Source of the DNA: Macrostomum lignano
Taxonomy: Eukaryota
Length of the DNA stretch: 64,000 bases
NCBI GenBank assembly: GCA_002269645.1
Contig: NIVC01002330.1
Span: forward strand, 1-64,000
Direction of reading: 5' to 3'
Shown one piece after another: positions 1 to 19,975 of the stretch. A program made the translations under genes and the position numbers. The notes under the pieces are model-generated. The model did not search any database. It saw only the letters and a program-made list of their open reading frames with translations, and was not told the DNA's origin. Each line of letters opens with the position of its first letter. Position 1 is the stretch's first letter.

Positions 1-575
1 GTGAATGAAGATCGAGAGTGTGAATAAAGATCGGTGAGTGTGAATGAAAATCGGAGAGTGTGAATGAAGATCGGAGAGTGTGAATGAAGATCTGAAGATC
101 GGTGAGTGTGAATGAAGATCGTGAGTGTGAATGAAGATCGAGAGTGTGATGAGATCGAGAGTGTGAATAAAGATCGGTGAGTGTGAATAAAGATCGGAGA
201 GTGTGAATGAAAATCGGAGAGTGTGAATGAAGATCGGTGAGTGTGAAAATCTGAAGATCGGTGAGTGTGAATGAAGATCGGTGAGTGTGAATGAAGATCG
301 AGAGTGTGAATGAAGATCGGAGAGTGTGAATGAAGATCGGAGAGTGTGAATGAAGATCGGTGAGTGTGAATGAAGATCGTGAGTGTGAATGAAGATCGAG
401 AGTGTGAATGAAGATCGGAAGAGTGAATGAGAATCGGAGAGTGTGAATGAAGATCGTGGAGTGTGAATGAAGATCGAGAGAGTGTGAATGAAGATCGGAG
501 AGTGTGAATAAAGATCGGAGAGTGTGAATGAAGATCGGAGAGTGTGAATGAAGATCGGTGAGTGTGAATGAAGAT
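1..575. repeat. Minisatellite, 20-bp unit GTGTGAATGAAGATCGGAGA, runs off the window start
   Basis: Head-to-tail periodicity read directly from the sequence. Confidence 0.97.
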
Positions 576-1138
576 CAGGCAGTGTGACAAGAGTAAGCAT
601 GGACCTGATCAATTTATCTACTCCAATCCTTGCAGCCATCAAAGATTCAATTTCTTTTCCAACAGGCCAATCTACATTGCCTATAAGCCACCGCTTCTGC
701 GCCTCAATATTGCGTCTCTGCCTTGCCAGAACTTGGCGAATTGCTCCCGGAAGCAAAGAGCCGCCGTTCCCAAAGAGAAACAAGTCAGCGAGTTGGAAGC
801 GACACCCTTGCTTCTGATTAATTACAACCACAGGCACCCTGATCCGCCTCTACCGAAAATGATAACCTTGGCTTCTGCTTCTTGCACACCGGATGCGCAC
901 TCGTGCGCTGAGAAGCTGCTGGCTGGCTGAAAAATTGATCACACTCTGCCGATGCAACCCATCAGCCGTCAACAGGAAGTACCGAAGACTCGAAGAGATT
1001 CGAAATCGTTGGAATCTGCCAATCATCTGAGCACAGAGTCAGTTTTGAGCAAAGGCTTTGGACATGAAAAACTTTTTTTTGGAAAATTTAAACTTCCGAA
1101 AGGATATTGTCAAAAATATAGTGTCATAAGTATTGTGT

Positions 1139-1397
1139 CAGAATTTTAGTGTCAAAATTTTAGTGTCAGAATTTTAGTGTCAGAATTTTAGTGTCAGAAT
1201 TTTAGTGTCAGAAGTAAAGTGTCAGAATTTTAGTGTCAGAAGTAAAGTGTCAGAATTTTAGTGTCAGAACTATAGTATCAGAAGTATAGTGTCAGAACTA
1301 TAGTATCAGAAGTATAGTGTCAGAAGTATAGTGTCAGAAGTATAGTGTCAGAAGTATAGTGTCAGAAGCATAGTGTCAGAAGTATAGTGTCAGAATT
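1139..1397. repeat. Minisatellite, 14-bp unit AGAATTTTAGTGTC grading into AGAAGTATAGTGTC
   Basis: Direct reading; the unit variant changes along the array. Confidence 0.95.
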
Positions 1398-1869
1398 TGT
1401 GTCTTAAGTCAAGCGAGAGAATTTGGAGAGCAAAGAAAGAGAGTCAAATAGAGCGAGAGTCAGGGAGAGATGGTCAGAAGGAGAGAAAGAGTCAGGATGG
1501 AGGGCCAGATGGGATGAACAATCAGGTGTTAGGCTGGATAACTTATTTCGACAGCAGAGCTACAAAGGTTCAGAGAAGGACAAAGGTTCAGAGTAAACCA
1601 TGCAGTGTCAGGTGCAGCAAAAGAGCACACTGAGAAAGAAAACCTCGGCAGACTACAAAGACAAACAGAGGCGGCTCAACTAAAAGAGAATGGGAGCAGC
1701 CTGTTCCGCATCCGGTTTGTTTGCCGAGCAGGGAAGCGAGTTCGTGACCGGCTTCAGTCTTCCCTCCGAACTGCCAATAACTGATTAAACCATTTTAAGT
1801 ACGCCTATTTGGGTTCAAGTAGCATATAGTTGACGATTTATTTGACACTTATGACTGGGAGATGAAGAC

Positions 1870-2577
1870 GCATAGGGGAGACTGCATGAGAGGGAGACAG
1901 AGACACAGAGGGAGAGTGCATGAGAGGGAGACAGAGACACAGGAGGGAGAGTGCATGGGAGGGAGACAGAGACACAGGAGGGAGAGTGCATGGGAGGGAG
2001 ACAGAGACACAGGAGGGAGAGTGCATGGGAGGGAGACAGAGACACAGGAGGGAGAGTGCATGGGAGGGAGACAGAGACACAGGAGGGAGAGTGCATGGGA
2101 GGGAGACAGAGACACAGGAGGGAGAGTGCATGGGAGGGAGACAGAGACACAGGAGGGAGAGTGCATGGGAGGGAGAGACAGAGACACAGGAGGGAGAGTG
2201 CATGGGAGGGAGACAGAGACACAGGAAGGAGAGTGCATGAGAGGGAGACAGAGAGACACAGGAGGGAGAGTGCATGAGAGGGAGACAGAGAGACACAGTA
2301 GGGAGAGTGCATGAGAGGGAGACAGAGAGACACAGGAGGGAGAGTGCATGGGAGGGAGACAGAGAGACACAGGAGGGAGAGTGCATGGGAGGGAGACAGA
2401 GACACAGGAGGGAGAGTGCATGAGAGGGAGACAGAGAGACACAGGAGGGAGAGTGCATGGAGGGAGACAGAGAGACACAGGAGGGAGAGTGCATGGGAGG
2501 GAGACAGAGACACAGGAGGGAGAGTGCATGGGAGGGAGACAGAGAGACACAGGAGGGAGAGTGCATGAGAGGGAGAC
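1870..2577. repeat. Purine-rich minisatellite, 35-37 bp unit GGAGGGAGAGTGCATGGGAGGGAGACAGAGACACA
   Basis: Direct reading; it accounts for all the repetitive ORFs at 1815-2617. Confidence 0.97.
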
Positions 2578-3624
2578 CAAATGTTTCCTGGTTGAATCGC
2601 GTCTTAAAAGTATTTAACTGAGTTTAAAAAATAGGAAAATGAAAATCGAAAGCGTTAAAATCTGTCTGCGCTGCTACAAGCCACAGCGCAGGCGACTTCT
2701 GAGGCATTGGGAAAATTGGAAACGCGGAGGAAGGGAGGCTGAGCACGGGCCAGGCCAATAAGAGCGAGTTCCCTCCAGTCGAATGCCTGTGAGGGACAGA
2801 TGTTGGGCGAACTCTGCAGAGAAGGGAGAGCACCGGGGTCCGGATTTGGGGGGGGGGGGGGGGAAGGCCGCGGCGCAGAAGTGACGAATTGGGATAAAAA
2901 ACCCGTGCCTGAGTAAGGGAGTAAAGAAATTGAAACTTCAAGAAGACGGAAGTCTATCTTTCTAGAGAATTCTATTGACAAACTCTGTAATAAAAAACAG
3001 AGCAAATCGGCACTCAATCAGATCAGGCAGCTCATTGCGATTCAATCTTGAGCAGGAACGATAAGCAACACCCAACCAGTTTTGGTGAGCTCTGTGCTGT
3101 GTCAAAATGTTAGCCTATTTATTCATCTCCTCAATCCTTTCTCCTCGGCGAAACAATTCTTCCCGGGAGTGGCAAGAGCAAGAGCTTCAATCTTGTCTGG
3201 CTTGTTGAGTCCCTGCTGACAGCTGTGCCAGCGCCTCGACCGCTTGCTGCTCTCGCTGGATAGGGGGCTGTTTGGGCGGGGTTGCCCAACTAATCTGAGG
3301 GATTACGGAGCTGCCCCGGTTCGTTTCAGAGCAGAGAAATCCTCATCCAGCAAACCCCGATTCAAGTAGCTGTGCGACTGAGGCATAGCGAGACCCATGG
3401 CTTGGGTATTATCCTTTGTGTGCTCGGGAAAAGTTGTTCCTAGACTTGGCAACACAATGCTGGCTTATGATGCTGCTCTGTTGGGCCAGGCATGTCCTTG
3501 ATATACGCGAGTTATTTCAAGTTATGGGACAGGAAAAGAATTCAACACGACAGCTTCCTCTGCACCGAAATAAATCGCACAAAACATTCTTCTAATAGCA
3601 AACATTTGCCAAACTTGTGAAAGA

Positions 3625-4535
3625 TTGTGACTGAGAAACAGAGGAAGAAAGTCATGAGAAACAGAAGAGAAAGCCATGAGAAACAGATGGAGAAAGCCAT
3701 GAGAAAAAGAAGGAGAAAGCCATGAGAAACAGAGGGTAAAGGACATGAGAAACAGAAAGAAAAAGCCATGAGAAACAGATCAAGAAAGCATGAGAAACAG
3801 AAGTAGAAAGCCATGAGAAACAGAAGTAGAAAGACATGAGAAACAGAGAGAGAAAGACATGAGAAACAGAGAGAGAAAGACATGAGAAACAGAGAGAGAA
3901 AGACATGAGAAACAGAAGTAGAAAGACATGAGAAACAGAGAGAGAAAGACATAAGAAACAGAGAGAGAAAGATATGAGAAACAGAGGGTAAAGGACATGA
4001 GAAACAGAAAGAAAAAGCCATGAGAAACATATCAAGAAAGCCATGAGAAACAGAAGTAGAAAGCCATGAGAAACAGAAGTAGAAAGACATGAGAAACAGA
4101 GAGAGAAAGACATGAGAAACAGAGAGAGAAAGACATGAGAAACAGAGAGAGAAAGACATGAGAAACAGAAGTAGAAAGACATGAGAAACAGAGAGAGAAA
4201 GACATGAGAAACAGAGAGAGAAAGACATGAGAAACAGAAGTAGAAAGACATGAGAAACAGAGAGAGAAAGATATGAGAAACAGAGGGTAAAGGACATGAG
4301 AAACAGAAAGAAAAGGCCATGAGAAACATATCAAGAAAGCCATGAGAAACAGAAGTAGAAAGCCATGAGAAACAGAAGTAGAAAGACATGAGAAACAGAG
4401 AGAGAAAGACATGAGAAACAGAGAGAGAAAGACATGAGAAACAGAGGGAGAAAGCCATGAGAAACAGAGGTAGAAGGACATGAGAAACAGAGAGAGAAAG
4501 ACATGAGACACAGAGAGAGAAAGCCATGAGAAAGA
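3625..4535. repeat. Purine-rich minisatellite, about 23-bp unit CATGAGAAACAGAGAGAGAAAGA
   Basis: Direct reading; it accounts for the repetitive minus-strand ORFs. Confidence 0.96.
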
Positions 4536-6295
4536 CAGGGAAAATGACACAGTAATGGTGAGCCAACATAAGTGACAGCAGCGGGGTACGAGAGGGCTCA
4601 GGCAGAAGCCAAGCAAGCATCTCATCCGGGATGCAGCTGGCGCGACCCGCCGCCTCGAGCCTCAATGACACTTGAGGCGGTCCTCCCCCTGGCGGGACGT
4701 GTGCCGAACCGAATATAGCTGGCACAAATTCGAATTCCAATCGAGTGCCAGGAGAGCGCGGAGGCGTGGCCGAGCTGTCAAGCTGAGGATTAGCCGTCCC
4801 GGCGGCGGCAGACAAGGTCGCATTGATGGAATATTTATTACTTGCTCCGAAATTATCTCTTTTATCCGTATTATTTTCGAAATCGATTCGAGAAATTGAG
4901 ACGCTGTTTCGGAGCGGCCAAGAGTGCCTCCCTCATCAGCAGCAGAGCACACCTCATCGCAGCATCTCAGAAAGTGCTCACCAAGAACATGGATTCCGCA
5001 TTAAACGACCGTCGCAAGAATGCAGAAGCGGACTCAAACCCGGGACTGATCAGTGGCAAAATCCTAGATCAGCTACTGTCAGTAGCAACGACAGAGTTTT
5101 TTCTGCCTAAAAGTACGTAAACGACAGAAAAGCCATAAATTTTGGTTTTTTTTATTTCGACGGCTTTATTGCTGCGGGCAGGTGAGGCTAATTGCCAATC
5201 ATTTAGCTGAAGCCGCACGGTAGAAAGCAATTATGAGAAGCTTCAAGCAGTCAGGCAATTTGCTAATCATTGGTGCAACAGTGCAACATAAATGGATCGT
5301 GCAGTTTGTAAGCTGGGATTAGGCGCATAAATAAATCTTGCTTGATTGATTCTAAGATATCGATTGCCACCCTCGGTCGCTAGCGAAGCGAAAGCAGCAG
5401 AGAAGTCTCCAGTCCGGTGCAGCTGTCAGATCGCGACATTGTCAAGCAGTGTCAAACGGATCCAGTAAACTGTGGCTGAGGCATGGGCTCTGGAGGATAA
5501 CACAGTCTCATTGTGCGGGAAATCCCGTCTAAACCCGGCTACTTTGCACGTGTCGCTGCACCCGACAAGGGCTCCGCACTGCGAGAGCGTGCAGCGGGGT
5601 GAAAATCTTCTGCAACTGTGTGGAGGCAGGAGGGTCGAAGGGGGGACTGGGGACACCTCATGAGTTCTCTTCCCCCCCCCCCTAGCAACTGAGTGAATGA
5701 ACTCCCCATTGAATAATGCATGAACCCCTTCCGGCTCATTGCCGCTCAGCAAACAGGCCAGTGGGGTGAGCAGGGCCGCGGTGACGGGAACTGAGGCTGC
5801 TGAGAGAGGAGGACCTCGCAAAGATTTGGATCAGAAACATTTGTGGGATAAGAGATGCGGGATTATTGTAACTGCAATCCTCTAAGCCTAGTTCTCTTGG
5901 AGTCTGGCTATGGCTGCTTCTTGGCCTTTTCTTCTTCTTCGGCGTAAAAAAGAGGATCCGAGCGGAGGAGGCGACACGGCGCTTCCGGCCGCTACCGGTG
6001 CCGCCATAGGCTGGGGAAGTCGGAGGCACCCAGCCAGCCGCCTCTCTTCCCTCTCTAACAGGCCGGGGAAGCCAGCGACAATCTCCCCCTGATCGAGGCC
6101 AGTCACGAAAAGTGATTTATCCTCCCCCAAATCTCCTGCTCTCTTCTCCGCTTCTCTCACCCCGCCCAGCCTCCCGCCTCTCCCCTCCTGCATCATTCGA
6201 CATCAGTACGAGCCAGTAGCTAAAAAAGGGTCACAGAAGTCGAGCATGGGGTAAAGCGACTCGGGGATCAGTTTGGAGAGGAAGAAGCGATCAGC

Positions 6296-13785
<7,490 letters not shown>

Positions 13786-14817
13786 ATTGGCGCGAAAAAA
13801 ATAACGAAAAAATCGATTTTTTAAAAACCAGAAAGTAACAGTTTCTCGAGGGTGGACATCAGATGCAGGATTTTTGTTCCGTTGTGTTTTTTCGATTTTG
13901 AAAAGCACAGGTCAGTATGAAAAGTAGCTCCTGTAAGAAAACACGAATTTGTTATAAACTGCATTCTATTTTTGCAAATAACGCACCCCCTCATCTCATT
14001 GCTTTTTGACTAAACCCATGACTCACAAACATTAACAAGTAACTAACCTCAAACTATATTACTGACAGTAGGTAATTATTTTGAGTTCCTGGTCCTGAAA
14101 AATTCTGAGTGCAACAATATGCGAATAAAACTAATCAGTAAATTCAGTAAATACAAGTATGCGAATTTACAATGAGTTGAAACAATTTAATGTCACTTTT
14201 AATTAATTCCCAACATCTCACCTTCGATTTGGACTTCCAAATTGCAGCCAGCAGGTGTTTTGTCCGAGCTGCGCTCACAAGTTTATCAAGCTGTTTTTTG
14301 ATAGGAGTCCAGCAAAGTTCCGGCGAAATTCCAGCTGCTCCTGTCTCTGCAGTGTTTTGTCTGGACGGATTTGTCTATGGCCAAAGCCCAGTCAGCGCTG
14401 TGCAGAACGGCAAATCTTTTTAAAACACACACAATGCAGTTTTCAGTTTGCATTTTTCCTGTTTTCAGGAAGCTTCCCACCTTGACCTTGCACTGTCACA
14501 ATGGCCAAGTTTTTTAGTAAATCATGAAAAGAATCTCTTTATGTTACCGAAATCCAAAATATGGTTGAAGATATTAGACAAGCAGGCTATGTTGTTAAGC
14601 TGTGAACCAACTGGCACAGGTCGAGTAGGGTTCTTGTGTATTTGCGAATGAGCAGCTAGAGGTTCTGTTAGCAAGTAGTACTGCTACTGAGCGCATACCC
14701 TGCCATTAGAGTCTTGGATAGCACAATAAGTTGGAGCAGCTACGAAAGAGAGGGTGAAAGGTTGGGTGAGAGAGTTTGTAGCAGATCGCACAAGCACGAC
14801 AATGTCTACTAATTACC

Positions 14818-14941
14818 CTTGGGGAGCAGCTCCTCACGAATGATCATCTTGGGGAGCAGCTCCTCACGAATGATCATCTTGGGGAGCAGCTCCTCACGAA
14901 TGATCATCTTGGGGAGCAGCTCCTCACGAATGATCATCTTT
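14818..14941. repeat. Four perfect copies of the 30-bp unit CTTGGGGAGCAGCTCCTCACGAATGATCAT
   Basis: Direct reading; head-to-tail with no spacers. Confidence 0.97.
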
Positions 14942-15083
14942 GGAAATACGAGCGTAGCTCTTCAAAAAAGCCATTTTGGGAAGCTGCTTTTCATAACAAT
15001 CATAAAACGCAACTCTCAAGGGCAACCAATGGAAGCTAGCAAAAAGAGGAAGACAGAACTTAAGCAAACCTCAACGATAAGAG

Positions 15084-16280
15084 TCAGACGAGACTCATCT
15101 TCTCCGCAGCCGAGCTGGTAGGCGTTGTCTCCTCTTTGAAGCAGAGCAGCAAATCCAGACACTTGCAGCCGCGTCGCCGGCACACTACCCGGAAGATCAG
15201 CGCGGCAACTATCCAGAGGACGACAAAGATGGCTACGAGTACTAAGGCGACGACGATGCAGGAGGTACCGGCGACGCTGAATATCGCCGCAAAGTTAGAC
15301 TTCGCGGCATCATCGCGGGAGTCGCAGCGATAGCTCATCACCGCTCGCACATAAATTCCTCCGCCGCTGTCTTTCACAGTGTACGCTTCAATAAAGGCCA
15401 AGTTTTTCTGGTGGAAAAGCTTGACGAGTTTTAGCTGGGCATTGGGTGACTCCAGCTCAGGAGAGGCTCGGACAGCATCCAGCAGCAGACGGTTGTCGCT
15501 GGCCAAGGCGCTGCACTTGGTCGGTGTCAGGTCGAGCTCGAAAGTCGGCTGTCGCCAAATCCGGTAGAGATTCAGCTGGACGGTTGTCTCCGGCGACTCG
15601 TTGCAGGTCAGCGGGTCGCTCACCAGCACTCGGAAGGTCAGGTTGGTCGGAGCGTCCGGGGGCGGCCTGTAGGAGAGGATCAGGCGGCCGTCGCGGTCGT
15701 CCAGCCGGAGCCAGTCGGGCGCGCCAGTCGCTAGGTGGAAGCGCATCTCAGACTGCTCGGCGCCACGCGGCGGCACGGCGCGAAACCGGTACAGCTCCGA
15801 GCCGTTGAGGGAGCCGCGCCACAGGTGCAGGATTGGTGGAGTCTCAAGCGCCGGGAAGTCATCGTCAAGGAGAAGTTCCAGTGAGAATTCTATGATGGAT
15901 GGCATCGGGTCGCCTAGCCTGGACGAGTTTACTTTCTCAACGCAGAGGTATTTCTCTGCAGCTGACCTGGAAGTCAGCGTCCGGTTGAGCGCCAGGCCGG
16001 TGACTGTCCGGGACAAATAGGCAACTCTGCCGTCCAAGGGAGGCAGGTGCTCTAATTGCACTCCGTGGCTCACCTCAACCAGATTGGAGCCAAGTGAAAT
16101 ATTTGGCTTGAGCTTGATGAAGATGCGCCCGTGAGCACCTGTAGGACAGCTGTCGAGTCGCTGAAGTTTCGAAGTCCAGACCGATGACGATGAGCAAGAT
16201 GAGTGCACTCGAACTAATTGTACGAAAACAATAAGCATGGATAGGACTTTGAAAATGTGAAATTTGACTTTGAATGGCAT
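15084..16280 (-). CDS. Intronless type I membrane protein with degenerate cadherin-like ectodomain, 398 aa
   Basis: Long GC-rich ORF with N-terminal hydrophobic signal-like segment. Cadherin-like stretch LDDDFPAL...LYRFRA...FHLATGAPDWLRLDDRDGRLIL...LTFRVLVSD. Long transmembrane helix followed by basic RVVCRRR and a short tail ending SLV. Confidence 0.72.
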   Translation of the reverse strand: MPFKVKFHIFKVLSMLIVFVQLVRVHSSCSSSSVWTSKLQRLDSCPTGAHGRIFIKLKPNISLGSNLVEVSHGVQLEHLPPLDGRVAYLSRTVTGLALNRTLTSRSAAEKYLCVEKVNSSRLGDPMPSIIEFSLELLLDDDFPALETPPILHLWRGSLNGSELYRFRAVPPRGAEQSEMRFHLATGAPDWLRLDDRDGRLILSYRPPPDAPTNLTFRVLVSDPLTCNESPETTVQLNLYRIWRQPTFELDLTPTKCSALASDNRLLLDAVRASPELESPNAQLKLVKLFHQKNLAFIEAYTVKDSGGGIYVRAVMSYRCDSRDDAAKSNFAAIFSVAGTSCIVVALVLVAIFVVLWIVAALIFRVVCRRRGCKCLDLLLCFKEETTPTSSAAEKMSLV

Positions 16281-16944
16281 CTCCAGTCTTCTTTTCTATT
16301 CTAAGTTTATTTACGAGTGCGGCGTTGTCGGGAGCGAGAATTTATGCGATTATGCGCTATATAAAAATCTGCTCAAGAGGGAGAGAAAATGTCTATTGCA
16401 TGACAAATGCAAGTACGCGTACGAGCTAATTCACACACCCACACCTGTACGCTCGTAGTTCCTTGTGCGCGCAGCCAATGGAGCTTGCTAAAGGGCTGAG
16501 ATTTTCTTACCGCTAAATTGTGTCGCAGGTTTTTTGCTGCGCGGTTTTACGTACGCTCGTACAGCAGAGACAGAGAGCTCGCTCGCTCACAAAAATGCTT
16601 TTCACAAACGTCCGCATACTGCTAAATATAGTAAGTTAAACAATTAGGCAAACCCTTGACAATATCCGTGGTTTTGCCACAAGGTTAGTAAAGCTGGGGA
16701 AGGTCCTTATACACCCACCTCACTATGGTTCGGCTGCTGCATTTTTCGAAGAGTTTATTCAGACGCAAACACCGTCTCGTGTACCAAACTTCGGTGTCAG
16801 ACCTTCAAAGCTAAAAATTCAGCATTCATTCCGACGCAAACTAGAATCTGCTTGAACTTCGATCTATCTCTTCTATGTGGTATCTATGAGGCGCATTTGC
16901 CATCTAAACTAAGCTAAAACTAAAACTAACGATCTGCAGTTCGA

Positions 16945-17057
16945 CCATTGCTGGTTTCGCAAGTGGCTCAGCAATGGGCGATCCTGCCCATTCCACTGAA
17001 AGTTGGCCGCGCATGGAATCGAACCAGGGACCGATGCGTTTACCACTGAGCTGCTGC
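16945..17057 (-). mobile_element. tRNA-derived SINE-like fragment with A and B boxes, no anticodon arm
   Basis: Minus strand reads GCAGCAGCTCAGTGGTAAACGC (A-box-like), then GGTTCGATTCC (B box) too close for a cloverleaf. Confidence 0.5.
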
Positions 17058-17565
17058 TATTAGAATTTATCGGGCGATGTTACTCGTGAGTAGCATTTAA
17101 GCGGTATTTAACTTCATTTGGAACCAAGTCTAGCGGCATGTGGTTCTTAATCAGCAGCGAAAAAGCAACACCCTGTCATTCGAAAAAAGACAACAAGGAC
17201 ACTAGATTGATAGACACTAGAAGGACACTAGGACACTAGATTGAGCACTTTCAGGTTGGAAAATGAAAGAAGAAACAATTCCTATTCGGCTTGGCCGCTC
17301 ATCAATAGGGAGACGCAGGTGCGCCACTGTCAGGTTGCTCAGCTCGCCCACCTATTATTATCCAGTAAACACAAGACCGTTGCCGCCCAACCAAGCCCGA
17401 TGTAGCCGAGCTGCAGTCAAAACATTTCGAATAGCACTCAGTTACCCTGTAAGGTGACTACCTGCAATCTGAGCTGTCTCTTCTGTTGGGGTTTGCCGCC
17501 TTCCTAATCTGACAGCACTACTCCTCTGTCTCCCTCTCAACAGCTAACTGACTTCTCGATCAACC

Positions 17566-18442
<877 letters not shown>

Positions 18443-18763
18443 TAACTCAACGGCAGCCGAGTCAGGCCCATTGGAGCAAACTGCAGGGAAGGCCATTTTT
18501 TCTTTGCTTAACAGCCATGCAGGCAGGCAGGCAAAATCTGCTAAGGATCTCTGCTACTCCTGTTCTCGTTAAGGTGGCAAAGTGAGTAGCTCGCCACCTG
18601 ACTATTCCCCATGCAACTTCCCTTCCCATTTCCTTCTCTCCGTCTCTTCGATCTTAAACTGAAGTGCCTTGCACCTGAGCCAGCCAACATGCGGGAGTAT
18701 CGATCTGACAGCAGCTGGATTAAAAATAGCTGCCGATGCCTTTCTATCTGTCACCATTCTGTT

Positions 18764-19130
<367 letters not shown>

Positions 19131-19975
19131 TAGTGTTTATCTTCATGTTTGGTCAGCCTTTAAATATAGTTTAGATTATTTCCTGCATAAGCTAATTTCA
19201 TTTTAGCTGCTTCATTTATTCTTAGAAATCTGCGGCTTCCCAGGAACAACCAGGCTTCAAGAGCGCCTAGCGAATCCCTGGGACACGCAGTTCTTTCACT
19301 CGGAACATCTTTTTCCTATTTTATAATCCAAAGTTCAAGAAGCGACAAAGCAAGTCATGTTGCTGCTGGCCGAAAAGTGCCTCAATTTTCTAAGAAATAG
19401 CTAAGGCAGGCAAAACGGGGCGGGCGGAAGACCGGGCGCTTGGTAAGAAAAGCAGACAAAGTTAAAAGATAAGAATTCTTTGAAGGAATCGGGGAGAGGC
19501 CAGGAGAGGGGAGCAGAGCCAGGGGAAGAGAGAAGAGGATAGCCGTGTTGAACGCGGGCGAGCAGGTGACACAAGTCCGGGAAGAGAGATAAGAAGGGAG
19601 CAAAGGATGGAGGCAGGTAGGCAGAGTGAGAGAATGGCAACCAACCCTTGTACGCCTCTACATGGCTTCCCCCGTTGGCTAAAAGAGGGGGGGTTTATTA
19701 ACGAGGATTTCGTTGCTATAGAGACAAGGCATGAAGAGAGAGAGAGAGAGAGAGAAGAGCCGAACACGAGCTGGGATGTCGCTATTGGGAAGGAGGCTGG
19801 GGATAGAACTAGATGAGGGAGGGGTTGGCGTGACACAAGACGGGCGAGCCCGAGCCGCATGGCAGGCCGTCATTAAGCCCCCTTTTTGCCCGCCGCCTCA
19901 AGTCTTTTCCGCAGTCGGTCTCGAACAGTTCAGGAGGACAAAAGTCGAAGAAGTTCGCAGCCAGCCACAGTCAAG

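Noticed and set aside
568-930. 120-aa ORF and overlapping frames
   Set aside because: Starts inside a satellite, no recognisable motif, no convincing splice structure
2620-3600. Moderately GC-rich segment that might be coding
   Set aside because: All frames are interrupted by stops and no family could be recognised; possibly a degenerate gene
1815-4815. Long ORFs (232-387 aa) on both strands
   Set aside because: They are translations of stop-free minisatellites open in several frames at once
4540-5120. Several 75-96 aa overlapping ORFs
   Set aside because: Frames conflict, no domain recognised, no consistent exon chain
14818-14941. 30-bp direct repeats as a possible CRISPR array
   Set aside because: Units are head-to-tail with no unique spacers, there are no cas genes, and the context is eukaryotic
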